Shown here in pieces: positions 25,812 to 36,398 of a stretch of DNA of 64,000 nucleotides. A model generated the notes under the pieces. The model saw only the letters and a program-made list of their open reading frames with translations. It had not been told where the DNA came from and searched no databases. Each line of letters opens with the position of its first letter. Position 1 is the first letter of the stretch. The position numbers were made by a program, and so were the translations under genes. The stretch spans positions 160,001 to 224,000 of the forward strand of contig CAVSMN010000020.1 of NCBI GenBank assembly GCA_963729045.1. Reading direction: 5' to 3'. Source of the stretch: an uncultured Nitrososphaeraceae archaeon. GTDB lineage: Archaea > Thermoproteota > Nitrososphaeria > Nitrososphaerales > Nitrososphaeraceae.

Positions 25812-26642
25812 CTACCTCATTTCGTCTTTCTTATACGAACCTAATAACTTAAAGAATATAGTAGCGGACTTGACAGATAAAAGAGAGGCAGAAATTTTAT
25901 CATCATTAACGTTTCCCTCTAAATCTACAAAAAAATAATACTCCCAAGGTATATTTTTCGTAGGTCTTGATTCAATTCTTGTTAAATTAATGTTTCTTAA
26001 TGCAAACTCTTGGAGTATAGAATATAATGATCCAGGAGCATGAGGGATAGAAAAAATAACTGATATCTTATTGTCATCGGCTTTCATATCATAACTTTTG
26101 GAAATTATTAAAAATCTGGTAAAATTATTAGAATTATCCTCGATATCTTCTTCTACAACCTTCATGTCATAGATTTGGGCTGCATGTTTGCTAGCTATCG
26201 CCGCTGCGCTAGTATTATGAGTTTCTTTAATAAATTTAACAGATCCTGCAGTATCGTACATAGGGATTGATTCTAAGTGTTTCTTTTGGATATACTTTCT
26301 ACACTGAGCTAACGCCTGTGGATGAGAGTAGACAACAGAAATTTCGTCTGGAGACGAATTCTTATCGATGATTAAACAATGATGTATTTTTTGATATATT
26401 TCCCCGATAGCGTAAAGAGGTTTTTCAACTAGTAAGTCATAAGTTTCATTTATACTTCCTTCTGTAGAATTTTCAATAGGAACTACTGCCAGATCCACGA
26501 CAGAATTTTCAACACCATCAAACAATTCACGAAATGATCTAAATGGAATGAATGAATAATTTGGATCAGGATATTGAATACGGGCAGATGCTTCACTGTA
26601 AGATCCAGACTCTCCTTGAAAACCTACCTTGAAGGCATTCAT
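25812..26642 (-). CDS. pheA: Prephenate dehydratase
   Basis: FQGESGSYSE, PIENSTEGS, SHPQALAQC, NFTRF, ACT domain INLTRIESRP. Confidence 0.96.
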   Translation of the reverse strand: MNAFKVGFQGESGSYSEASARIQYPDPNYSFIPFRSFRELFDGVENSVVDLAVVPIENSTEGSINETYDLLVEKPLYAIGEIYQKIHHCLIIDKNSSPDEISVVYSHPQALAQCRKYIQKKHLESIPMYDTAGSVKFIKETHNTSAAAIASKHAAQIYDMKVVEEDIEDNSNNFTRFLIISKSYDMKADDNKISVIFSIPHAPGSLYSILQEFALRNINLTRIESRPTKNIPWEYYFFVDLEGNVNDDKISASLLSVKSATIFFKLLGSYKKDEMR

Positions 26643-27266
26643 GTCATAGGAAATTGTTTATCATATAAAACTGTAAAGGATTCTTTTCCATAATCAATTG
26701 AAACTTTCCTGTCTTCAAAGTTACCACAGGAATTGCATTTCAATCCTCCTGGTACTTTGACAAATTCATTTCCACAAGAAAAGCAAATTGTATACACAAC
26801 TCCCAAGTCTCTGTCCTCTAACGTCAAATGAATTGAAGAATTCAATAAGCTGAATACTCTTCCTCTTATAATATCACCTACCTTAAAAACAAATTTACCT
26901 TTATAACTTCTCTCACGCCAGCCTGAACCATAGTTTCCACCCTGAATTAGACATACGAGTGGAGGCTATCGCAGAAAAACCAGATTTGGAATATTTTTCA
27001 TTGATATAAACAATCCTTACCGATATCATATTTCCAAATAGCATATCGATATATCCAACAACAATATCACCAATCTTAGGTATCATAGGGGGATTTTTTT
27101 GTTTGACACTTAATATACGATCGACCATATTAGCGCTAGATTTTCCAATAACAGAAGATCTAACCTCACCCTCATCTAAATAGGTGTTTTTACCCGCATC
27201 AAATTCCTCAATTATAGCTAACGATTTTCCAGGAATAATATGATCAATTTCATGAGTTTTATTCAA
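26639..27266 (-). pseudogene. csl4: Exosome RNA-binding protein Csl4, split by a 1-nt insertion near 26940-26942 (possibly a sequencing error)
   Basis: The N-terminal ORF has PG..IEEF..G and PKIGDIVVG (S1). Removing one base joins it to FKVGDIIRGRVFSLLNSSIHL..LGVVYTICFSCG..CNSCGNFEDRKVS (Zn ribbon). Confidence 0.88.
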
Positions 27267-27324
27267 ATCAAATCAAACGATATTTGTATTCTAATAGTTA
27301 TAATTGTTACATTAACTCAGATAT

Positions 27325-28194
27325 CTAGTGGATCATTTCGAGCATTTCTATTGCTTGTCTAGTTTCTTTGACATTATGAGTCCGTACCAGAGAGGCGCCA
27401 TTCATCACGCTATACATCTCAGCAATAATTGAAGGAATCAGTCTATCTTCCACAGCTAAACCAAATAAAGATCCTATAAACGATTTTCTGGAAATTGAAA
27501 CACATATTGGTTTTTTCAAAGACATTAGCAATTTAATATTAGCAATTATATCGATATCACGTACGTACCAATCCATTCCCAGAGTTTTGGAATAAAATGG
27601 ATTGAATCCTTCTTTTCTAAAAAAACCAATCGAAGGATCGATGATCAGTTTATCATCGTCGATTTTACATTTCTTGGCAATTCTAATACTTTCGGCTAAT
27701 AAAGAACTAGTATCTTGTATGTCTCCATCACCATAAAGATTTTCTCTATCTGACAAGTAAGCGCCAAGGATTACAGGAAGATCTTGTTCAGAAGCCAGAT
27801 TAGGCATTTTTTTATCATATTTTAAACCAGTAACGTCGTTAATCGCATTCACCTCTAATTTCAATAAGGATCGGATTACGTCGGATCTAACTGTATCAAC
27901 AGATATAGGAATATTGCTAATTTGTCTAATAGCTGAGATAGCATTGTGCAATCGTTTTGATTCGAGATCCTTCGGAATCAGTGTTTTCAAGTATGGAGCA
28001 GTTGACATACCACCAACATCCACTATATCAACTCCATTATCCTGCATTCTAAGGATTGTATCTTGAATCTCGTCTTCTTGACGTTTGATCGAGTCTTTGT
28101 AAAATGATTCGGGACTCACATTAATGATACCCATAATCCGAGTCTTTCCATATGGAGTGACTGAAATATTACCGACAATTGTCAACAAATACAA
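27325..28194 (-). CDS. folP: Dihydropteroate synthase
   Basis: IMGIINVSPESF, DVGGMST, ISVDT, INDVTG, IIDPSIGF, SRKSFIG, VRTHNV. Confidence 0.93.
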   Translation of the reverse strand: MYLLTIVGNISVTPYGKTRIMGIINVSPESFYKDSIKRQEDEIQDTILRMQDNGVDIVDVGGMSTAPYLKTLIPKDLESKRLHNAISAIRQISNIPISVDTVRSDVIRSLLKLEVNAINDVTGLKYDKKMPNLASEQDLPVILGAYLSDRENLYGDGDIQDTSSLLAESIRIAKKCKIDDDKLIIDPSIGFFRKEGFNPFYSKTLGMDWYVRDIDIIANIKLLMSLKKPICVSISRKSFIGSLFGLAVEDRLIPSIIAEMYSVMNGASLVRTHNVKETRQAIEMLEMIH

Positions 28195-28713
28195 ATAGAT
28201 TTTTTTCTTTTAAAAACATTCAGATGGATCTATTAAACCATTGGATGATTATCAAATATGGACCAAGTATCACAAATTTCAGAGAATTTTTTGAAAGACT
28301 AGCAAAGGTTTAGAAATGAAAATAAAAAGAATTCTCCATAATACGATTAACTATTGCTATTAATTAATTATGAAATTGATTAAACAATATCATCGTCACT
28401 GAGGACGAGTATTTAAGTTTTTATTGCATTATACCAGTAAAATGGGGTTTTTGATTCAGTCTACAAATTGTTAGATTGGAAAAAGATTCAATTTATTGAA
28501 TAGGAGTAAATGTTAATATTTAATTCAATTCAATTCCTTTTCATGCAGTTAAACATTATAGTTTATTAAATCCAATAGTAACATAATATTATCCGCTTGA
28601 ATGTTACCTTAAACATAAATCGCTATGAATGACTTTTGTCTGTTTTACACAGACCAATCTTGATCTTGGTTTTTTATTCTCGTTATTTTCGTATATTGGT
28701 TGTTAATGCTGGA

Positions 28714-29130
28714 CTAGTTTACTTTGAAAAGCTTTGAAAAGAAACCACTAATCGACGGCATTATTTTTTCCATGATTAAATTATCAAAATCATCTGTATG
28801 TGGATCTAATGTAAAGATCAAGAGATACTCTAATCTATTTTTTTGATTTGTAATTGGTATCGTAATCCGCAAAATTTTTTCATAAAGAGAGCAGGTATAA
28901 TTTAGTTTTCCAAGTATATCTTGCCACCTTAACCTAGTATATTGTCTGGTAGAGGCAGTGATAGCATATTGCTCAGTTTCTTCATCGCTTAAAAGTGGAA
29001 TTATTCCTTTACGTTCTGCAGTAGTAATAATTATTCCATGCTTGTCAGCAACCCCAATGAATCGTATTCTCGAATCGATTTGCACAATTTCATTGCAAAG
29101 GTTTTTGAAATCGGTAACATATTTTTCCAT
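28714..29130 (-). CDS. Hypothetical protein, roadblock/profilin-like fold
   Basis: DSRIRFIGVADKHG..R.G..PLL...LGKLNY. Confidence 0.7.
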   Translation of the reverse strand: MEKYVTDFKNLCNEIVQIDSRIRFIGVADKHGIIITTAERKGIIPLLSDEETEQYAITASTRQYTRLRWQDILGKLNYTCSLYEKILRITIPITNQKNRLEYLLIFTLDPHTDDFDNLIMEKIMPSISGFFSKLFKVN

Positions 29131-29687
29131 GATTTATTATTATTGGTGTTTAAACAATGTATTATTTTAATTTTTTTCATATAGTAGTTGTCCCTTTAAT
29201 TCAATTCTTGTTATCCTTGACGCAGGGATTGTTTGAAAATTTTCAGAAATTAAGATGAAATCTGACAAGGTCGATTAGTTTATAATTTTCGTAATCCCTA
29301 TATGTTACAAGATACGAGGATGCATCATCTGCATAGAGTGCTTTACTGATAATTTCTTCTAATTTACCCTTCTTAGCCATTAATTATAATTTATTTACAT
29401 GTCATATATACGCCATCAAACGGTCTTTTCACCTGATCTGTATAGAGGACACTGATGTATGAATACGATATACAGATACGGTACGTTTTTAATAACCTGT
29501 CCTATGATTAGTTCTTATCAAATCTATGTTATTCGTATTTAATAGGATGAAAGTAGTGATCAATAAATCAATGATTCATAAAGGAAGATAGACAGTTCTG
29601 AAATTAACAATAACATATTTATTTCAATAACAAATTTTCAAAAGATTTAATATTGAACTTAGAAATAATGTAGTAGGCAAGCTTAGT

Positions 29688-30542
29688 ATGACTCACTGTA
29701 TAGCAATACATTCCTATAAGGGAGGCACTGGTAAGACCACAATAGCTGCTAATACCGCAGCATTACTTGTAAAAATGGGGAAAAAGGTTGCCATACTAGA
29801 TTTAGATGTCTATGCACCCAGCTTACATAATTATTTTAAGATAAATCCAAAAAAATGGATAAACGACTTTTTGGATAATAATGCAGATATTTATGAATCG
29901 ATAATTGATATGACTGAAATTCTTTTTAAAGATGACCAAAAGCAGGACAATTTTACAGGGAGACTCTATACGGGATTCTCTAATCCTAGCAGAGATGCGA
30001 TATTTAAATTTGAAATGGGTAATGGAACAGATTATTGGAAAAAACAGTTTAGGAAATTAGTTTTTCTTAGAGAACAAATTATTACAAAGCTCGATACAGA
30101 TTATATCATTATTGATACGAGTCCAGGAATAAGACATTGGTCCATTAATGCCCTATCAATAGCTGATAAATTAATACTTACTATGAAAATGGATGATTTG
30201 GACATTGAAGGAACTAAAAAACTACTGTTTGAAATTTATACAACATTTGTACGATTTGGTGCTATTTCTTATATATTGCTAAATAGGATATCAGGATATT
30301 GTATTCCGACTACCACACTCGATTCAAATATCGAAGAAAACCAAGATCATAAGAAAGTTTTGGAAGAACTTCATGCTGTTACTGGTGCAAACTCTCTTTC
30401 CCCACTGCCATGTTATTGCGACATACAATTTAGTCCTAGAGAGTTTTTGACAGTAATTAACAATCCAAATCATCCATTTTCTTTAAAATTAAGAAGCATC
30501 ATAAGCGAAATGACAAATAATACGCAGAATAACAAATATTAA
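29688..30542 (+). CDS. MinD/ParA-family ATPase
   Basis: Deviant Walker A KGGTGKTT, LDLD, IIDTSPG. Confidence 0.9.
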   Translation: MTHCIAIHSYKGGTGKTTIAANTAALLVKMGKKVAILDLDVYAPSLHNYFKINPKKWINDFLDNNADIYESIIDMTEILFKDDQKQDNFTGRLYTGFSNPSRDAIFKFEMGNGTDYWKKQFRKLVFLREQIITKLDTDYIIIDTSPGIRHWSINALSIADKLILTMKMDDLDIEGTKKLLFEIYTTFVRFGAISYILLNRISGYCIPTTTLDSNIEENQDHKKVLEELHAVTGANSLSPLPCYCDIQFSPREFLTVINNPNHPFSLKLRSIISEMTNNTQNNKY

Positions 30543-30580
30543 TTTTAAATTAGAGAGCATATCAGTAGAGTTACGATAGA

Positions 30581-31213
30581 ATGAGCAAGAAGAAAAAGAA
30601 TTCAGACGTTGATAGTAACAAGAATAATGCTCCTAACAAGGATGATAATAACGATAGTAGTTATTTTGCAAGAGGTCGTAAGAAAAGAAAACAATATTTG
30701 AAAATAATAGTTCCTGTTGTTGTCGGGATAGCAGCTCTTGCAATTGTGTTAGCAATATTTTTTCCCAGTGAAAATGTAGCAGCCAAATATGGTGCTCTAG
30801 GATCAGCACATGAACATGCAGCATTATTGATTAACCTAAATGGTACAAACTTGGATCTAGCACAACAAAAATACATGGTGAGGTCTAACTATATTCACGT
30901 AGAAACATACAATGGCACACTGGATGGAACAACAATCCATAAACACTCGTCTAATGTTCCAATTGGTGAATTCCTCAAAAGTATTAGAATGGACGCTTCC
31001 AATGGGTGTTTCATTACAGATAGTAACCAGCGCTTTTGCGATAACGACCAATATAAACTAAAATTCTATGTTAATGGTAATCAAACTAAAGACATAATGA
31101 GCTATGTAATAAACGATGACGACAGAATATTGATAACATATGGAAAGGAAAATACAACTGAGATAAATAGACAACTACAAGAATTAAACAATCTTCCAAT
31201 TAATAAAAAATAA
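30581..31213 (+). CDS. Membrane-anchored protein with His motifs
   Basis: One TM helix then HEH, IHVE, IHKH, two Cys, YVNG, DRILITYG. Confidence 0.75.
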   Translation: MSKKKKNSDVDSNKNNAPNKDDNNDSSYFARGRKKRKQYLKIIVPVVVGIAALAIVLAIFFPSENVAAKYGALGSAHEHAALLINLNGTNLDLAQQKYMVRSNYIHVETYNGTLDGTTIHKHSSNVPIGEFLKSIRMDASNGCFITDSNQRFCDNDQYKLKFYVNGNQTKDIMSYVINDDDRILITYGKENTTEINRQLQELNNLPINKK

Positions 31214-31277
31214 TTATCTCCATTTTTTATTAGAACATTTAGCTTATTCATCGGAAGGTAAAACGTCAGTTATCATA

Positions 31278-32081
31278 TTAATTCAATTCAACTGGAAGTG
31301 TAGGATTATTACCCCATTCTCCCCAAGAACCCAGGTACATTCTTACTTTGGGATATCCAAGTTGTTTAAGAGCAAGATAAGTATTTGCAGCTCGGTAACC
31401 ACCTTGACAATACGTTATAACTTCTGTTTCTTTTGATATAAAGGAATATAACCTCGCCAAAGCGTCAAATTTTAAGAATTTCTCATTGCTAAGATTGTTT
31501 GACCACTCAACATTAACGGATTTAGGTATATGCCCCCGGTGAAAAGCACGGGCAATAGAGCCGTTGTACTCGGCCTGGGAACGGCAGTCAATAATTGCCA
31601 CATCCGGTGAATTTTTATCTACACAGTTTTTCATATATTCCAAATCAGCTAATATCGCCCTATTCGTATAAAAATTGAATGCGGAATGTGAATATTGGTT
31701 TGTCTTCATTTCAACTGGATATTTAAGTTTTGACCAGTTTTCAAACCCACCATCTAACATAAATGAATTAAGATGAGAGAAATAATTCAATAGCCAAACA
31801 CCCCGAGAAGCGGTAGGACCTGAAACATTATCATAAAAAATAACCCTATTTGAGGGATTAATACCTAGATAATTTAATAGTAAACCCATTTGTTTTTCAA
31901 ATTGCAAAATTCCCATTGTAGAAGTATCAAACCAATGGAAATGCATCAAATCGATATTAATGGCACCAGGGATATGACCCTTAGCATACTCAGCAAATGA
32001 TCGGGTATCAACAAGTATCAAATCAGAGTGTTGACCCCGGATTAAATCAAGTAAAGATTCACCATTTATAACGGTGTTCAA
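31278..32081 (-). CDS. Tandem-rhodanese sulfurtransferase
   Basis: GHIPGA, LDGG, GHIP, active-site YCQGGYRA, YLGSWGEW. Confidence 0.92.
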   Translation of the reverse strand: MNTVINGESLLDLIRGQHSDLILVDTRSFAEYAKGHIPGAINIDLMHFHWFDTSTMGILQFEKQMGLLLNYLGINPSNRVIFYDNVSGPTASRGVWLLNYFSHLNSFMLDGGFENWSKLKYPVEMKTNQYSHSAFNFYTNRAILADLEYMKNCVDKNSPDVAIIDCRSQAEYNGSIARAFHRGHIPKSVNVEWSNNLSNEKFLKFDALARLYSFISKETEVITYCQGGYRAANTYLALKQLGYPKVRMYLGSWGEWGNNPTLPVELN

Positions 32082-32186
32082 GGACCTAAGTATACGTAAT
32101 CTTATAGATAATGCTTTCTAGAAGCCCAAAGATAAATTTGAAAAAGTTTTTAATAAAAAGTCACTAGAATACATAACGGGCAAGAA

Positions 32187-32624
32187 ATGGCAAGAAAAGC
32201 GGCAAAGACAAAATCAGAGGAGAATGGTCTTCCCGAATGGGCTGACAATGAACTGAAAAATGCAAATTTTCAAATACTAGACACGATTAATAGAACAGGT
32301 TATTTTCTAGACATCAATGAACAAACCAAAAAAGCAGATATCCAGCTCTACGAATCACTACCCGACGGTAGAACAATAATTGAAGAAATCGATTTAGTAG
32401 ATGATTTGAAGGTTTCAGAACTTATGAAAGGTTTCGTATATGAGTATAAAATCAAAATATCAAAAGCCAAACTAAGTGATCAATTATGTGAATTATTAAA
32501 AACCAAGTATCAAATTGATATGGATGAGATTTTTAAATTTGATTTGGAGAGTGCACAAATGATGGATGTAGAATCAGATTTTGATCCAAATAAGAAGGAC
32601 AAGGATGAAGATGAAGAGGAATAA
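32187..32624 (+). CDS. Conserved hypothetical protein, acidic
   Basis: 145-aa ORF with an upstream AT-rich promoter-like region. Confidence 0.75.
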   Translation: MARKAAKTKSEENGLPEWADNELKNANFQILDTINRTGYFLDINEQTKKADIQLYESLPDGRTIIEEIDLVDDLKVSELMKGFVYEYKIKISKAKLSDQLCELLKTKYQIDMDEIFKFDLESAQMMDVESDFDPNKKDKDEDEEE

Positions 32625-32634
32625 TAAATTCAGT

Positions 32635-33438
32635 TCAGCTAAGATTTTTACGAAATTGGCGCTCAATAATTGAATCAATTATCGCAGGAAACCAACCTTT
32701 GAACGGTACGGATAATCCAGCTATCGGGGGTACAAAAATTTGAAAAGAATCGGATGTAAGCGAGTTTAATACCGCCTTGGAAACAGTTTCCGGATTTAAC
32801 ATATATTTCATCGGGGTTTTATTATTAAAATATTCATTATTAAAAAAATTAGTCTTTACACCTATTGGACTTATAACAGATATCTTTACACTTGTTTTTC
32901 TTAATTCCCGACGTAAGGACTCAGAAAAACCCAACATGGCAAATTTTGATCCACAGTATGCGGCCATCCCAGGTATACCAAAACTGGCAGCTAAGGAGGC
33001 AATATTAATTATATGACCACTATTTCTCCTAATCATTGAATCAAGAAAAATTTTTGTAAAATAAATCATGCCAAAATAGTTAGTGAAACTGACTTTTTCG
33101 ATTTCCTCAATGGATGTTTTTTCAACCGTCCCAAATATGCCAATCCCTGCATTATTGATTAAAACATCTACGTACCCATATCGTTCGAGGATCAGATCAC
33201 CAATGCGCTTAACTTCTTCTTTTTTGGACACATCACAACTCAGCGGTAGTATTTCAAAGTCCCTTTCCTTCATCGATATAACAGAATCATTCAGTCTATC
33301 AATATTTCTGGCAATTAGAATCAAGGATTTCAAACCAAATTGTGAAAAATCACTTGCAATGCATCTACCTATTCCGCTTGATGCACCAGTAATAAGGACT
33401 ATCTTGTTATTTAGTAGGTCGGTTAAAATTTTCACCAT
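32635..33438 (-). CDS. Short-chain dehydrogenase/reductase
   Basis: TGASSGIG, NNAG, YCGSK. Confidence 0.93.
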   Translation of the reverse strand: MVKILTDLLNNKIVLITGASSGIGRCIASDFSQFGLKSLILIARNIDRLNDSVISMKERDFEILPLSCDVSKKEEVKRIGDLILERYGYVDVLINNAGIGIFGTVEKTSIEEIEKVSFTNYFGMIYFTKIFLDSMIRRNSGHIINIASLAASFGIPGMAAYCGSKFAMLGFSESLRRELRKTSVKISVISPIGVKTNFFNNEYFNNKTPMKYMLNPETVSKAVLNSLTSDSFQIFVPPIAGLSVPFKGWFPAIIDSIIERQFRKNLS

Positions 33439-33471
33439 ATAAAAAAGAAATAATCATCATTTAAAATGCTA

Positions 33472-34533
33472 TCAATCAGCTCGACTATCAGGTGTAGTGG
33501 AAGAGGGTGAGGTAGGTTTTGAATAATTAGTTCCCAATGCTAACCTCATCAATGCAATCCACATTATTACTAAAGGCAAATAGTAAGAAGCAATCCTCCA
33601 TGCAATTATGACGTTTAATTGATCGATATCATTTACTATGTTACCAATTTGAGAAACGTTATTTAATTGATTGATATATGCCCATAATCCCCACTCAGCT
33701 AAGCCTGAACCTCCTATTGTGATGGGAAGGGTACCCAAAATTGTAGAAGAAGCCGTAGCCATAAATGACAAGAATAGACCTATGTAAATATCTACAGAAT
33801 GTGTTAAAACTAGAAATGAAAGACCTTGGAAAATAAATGCGACCACTGTAATTGCAATGCCCACGGAAAATATTTTTACAGATTTAAATGAACTAAAGTT
33901 TTCTCTGCTCATTATACACAAATCATCCAATGCTTTATTAACAGAATTGATCCCCCGCTGTGCTTTTTGTTCTGAAATAAATTTCTTCGCCAATTTTAAA
34001 GAAAATGAAGGTAATCGGATATTTTTTTTTGCTGAATATATCAAGATAAAAAACCAAAATCCAAATGTAGGAGCAGCAATCGCAATAATTAACAGACCAA
34101 TAAACATGGAGCCGTTAGCTATTGCAACAAATCCAGCGATAAAAGCTAAGATTGTACCAACAAATACATCGGCAATAATTTCCATGGTAGTAACCCATGC
34201 TGCTCGTCCCGCTGGTACACCACTCTTGGTTAAAAAAGCAATTCGAACTAGTTCACCTCCAATATAAGAAGGAGTAGTTTGAGTTACAAATTCTCCAGCT
34301 AACCTGGCAAAAATAATTTTCCAAAATGTACTGACATTCTTTCCAATAAATTTTCGAACAAAGTAATAAAACCTAATTGCTTGAAGAAAAATTCTTATCA
34401 TTGTTGCAAGAAAAGAAAGCAAAAAAGGGATAACACCTACAGATAAAACATCATTTAGCGAAACAGGAGTAAATAGAAAAATAAGCATTATAGGGATAAC
34501 ACTTACAAGAATGAAAATTATTCGCCAATTCAA
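33472..34533 (-). CDS. UPF0104 / lysylphosphatidylglycerol synthase TM-family (flippase-like) membrane protein
   Basis: TPSYIGGELVR, PITIGGSGLAE, WRIASYY; multiple TM helices. Confidence 0.85.
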   Translation of the reverse strand: MNWRIIFILVSVIPIMLIFLFTPVSLNDVLSVGVIPFLLSFLATMIRIFLQAIRFYYFVRKFIGKNVSTFWKIIFARLAGEFVTQTTPSYIGGELVRIAFLTKSGVPAGRAAWVTTMEIIADVFVGTILAFIAGFVAIANGSMFIGLLIIAIAAPTFGFWFFILIYSAKKNIRLPSFSLKLAKKFISEQKAQRGINSVNKALDDLCIMSRENFSSFKSVKIFSVGIAITVVAFIFQGLSFLVLTHSVDIYIGLFLSFMATASSTILGTLPITIGGSGLAEWGLWAYINQLNNVSQIGNIVNDIDQLNVIIAWRIASYYLPLVIMWIALMRLALGTNYSKPTSPSSTTPDSRAD

Positions 34534-34618
34534 GGTATATCAACTAGTTCAAAAGAAGGAATATAATAATCATACAAATATAACAATAAAATTAGAATAG
34601 CAATTAAAAATTTTTGAA

Positions 34619-35383
34619 ATGCATACTATATTCGTGACTGGTACGGCCGGTTCAGGGAAAACACTATTGACTTCGAGATTGTTGGAATGGTACCACAACA
34701 ATGATGTCTCACCAATTTCAATTAATTTGGATCCAGGAGTATCTAGTTTACCGTATGATCCAGATATAGATGTGAGAGAGTTTATTGATTTTTATTCGAT
34801 AATGGATGATTACAAATTAGGACCAAATGGGTCATTGATACTGGCTAATGACTTGATATCGACAAAAATAGATGAAATCCAAACTCAGGTTCAGGAACTT
34901 AATCCCGATTATGTAATAATCGATACTCCCGGACAAATAGAACTGTTTGCTTTCAGGTCTAGTGGTCCTTACTTTGTTTCAAATTTTTATTCAGATTCTA
35001 AAGTAACACTATTTACCATAGATGGTACATTAGCAATGTCTCCAATTAGTTTTGTTTCTTTGATGTTTTTGTCACAATCAGTCAGATTACGTCTAAACAT
35101 TCCACAGATTAACGTCCTAACGAAACGAGATAAAATAATTGAGAAGTTGACAGAAATTTTGAATTGGTCCAACTCCATTACCTCACTTCAAGACTCCCTA
35201 AATCTAGAAAAAGATTCAGAACAATCTTTATTGGGTAAGGACATTATAAAAACACTTTATAAAAGTGGAAATATGTTGAGCCCCATTGCAGTATCTAACT
35301 TAACTATGAATGGAATGATAAATTTAACTGCAGCATTATCAAGGATATTAACACAAGGTGAGGAGGAGCAGAAACACGAATGA
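34619..35383 (+). CDS. GPN-loop GTPase
   Basis: GTAGSGKT, NLDPG, LGPNG, DTPGQIE, TKRD. Confidence 0.93.
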   Translation: MHTIFVTGTAGSGKTLLTSRLLEWYHNNDVSPISINLDPGVSSLPYDPDIDVREFIDFYSIMDDYKLGPNGSLILANDLISTKIDEIQTQVQELNPDYVIIDTPGQIELFAFRSSGPYFVSNFYSDSKVTLFTIDGTLAMSPISFVSLMFLSQSVRLRLNIPQINVLTKRDKIIEKLTEILNWSNSITSLQDSLNLEKDSEQSLLGKDIIKTLYKSGNMLSPIAVSNLTMNGMINLTAALSRILTQGEEEQKHE

Positions 35384-36372
35384 AAAAAGAAAGGTATGAA
35401 ATTGTAGCTGAATATCTAGAATGCACTGCTACTGCATCTGCGTCAACTGCAAATTTGGGTCCCGGATATGATGTATTTGGGTTAGGCCTGGATGTACTAC
35501 AGGATACAGTATCCATCAAAATAGAGAGAAAAACAATAGCAAACAAAAACAATGTAAAAATAATAATGAAGGGTGATATGGGCAAGAGTATTCCAAATGA
35601 TCTTGACTCCAATTCTGCAGGCAAGGTAGCAAAAAAAATTATATCAGATTATGATTTATATAATTACAACTGTTTAATAGAAATTAGAAAAAACATTCCA
35701 CCAGGGTATGGGATGGGAAGTAGTGGCGCATCAGCAGTAGCAACTGCAGTTTCACTAAATGCATTATTTGGCCTGAATATTGAGGATACCAAATTACTAG
35801 ATTATTCCGCCGAAGGCGAACTCGCAAGTGCGGGTGTAAAGCACTTCGATAATGTCGCAGGCTCGTTTTTTGGAAATTTTGTAATCGTTAAGACTAATCC
35901 AAAATTAGAATTTATCAGGATAGAATCGCCAAATAATCTATCTATGGTTATATGCGTACCACTTATTCAAGTTCCTAAAATGAAGACAGAGTTTTCAAGA
36001 AAAGTTATTCCTCAACAAGTACCTTTGGAAAAAATGGTTCATAATGTAGCTAATGCATGTTCCGTAGTTGCAGGCTTTTATCGCAAGGATGTAGAAATGA
36101 TTTGTAATGGTATAAATGATTGTATCATAGAACCCGCCAGAAAGAAATTGATCCCAGGATATGAAAAAATAAAAGAAAGATCCTTAGAAGAGGGAGCAAT
36201 GGCTTTTACCATTAGTGGAGCCGGTCCTTCTACGGTAGCTTTTTTAGATTCAAACAAAAAGGGGCTGCGCATATCAGAAGTCATGGAAGAGGAATATGAT
36301 AAAATAAATATCAAATGTAAAACATTTATATCTAAATCCGGTAATGGATCAAGAATAATTTCGTTGAAATGA
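35380..36372 (+). CDS. thrB: Homoserine kinase
   Basis: STANLGPGYDVFG, IPPGYGMGSSGASA, HFDNVA, ISGAGPS. Confidence 0.95.
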   Translation: MKKERYEIVAEYLECTATASASTANLGPGYDVFGLGLDVLQDTVSIKIERKTIANKNNVKIIMKGDMGKSIPNDLDSNSAGKVAKKIISDYDLYNYNCLIEIRKNIPPGYGMGSSGASAVATAVSLNALFGLNIEDTKLLDYSAEGELASAGVKHFDNVAGSFFGNFVIVKTNPKLEFIRIESPNNLSMVICVPLIQVPKMKTEFSRKVIPQQVPLEKMVHNVANACSVVAGFYRKDVEMICNGINDCIIEPARKKLIPGYEKIKERSLEEGAMAFTISGAGPSTVAFLDSNKKGLRISEVMEEEYDKINIKCKTFISKSGNGSRIISLK

Positions 36373-36398
36373 AAATCCGTGCTTTGAAGAAAAATAGA

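Noticed and set aside
26930..26950. Programmed ribosomal frameshifting for csl4 (and for cutA)
   Set aside because: No slippery sequence or stimulatory structure at the shift sites; a simple indel is more parsimonious
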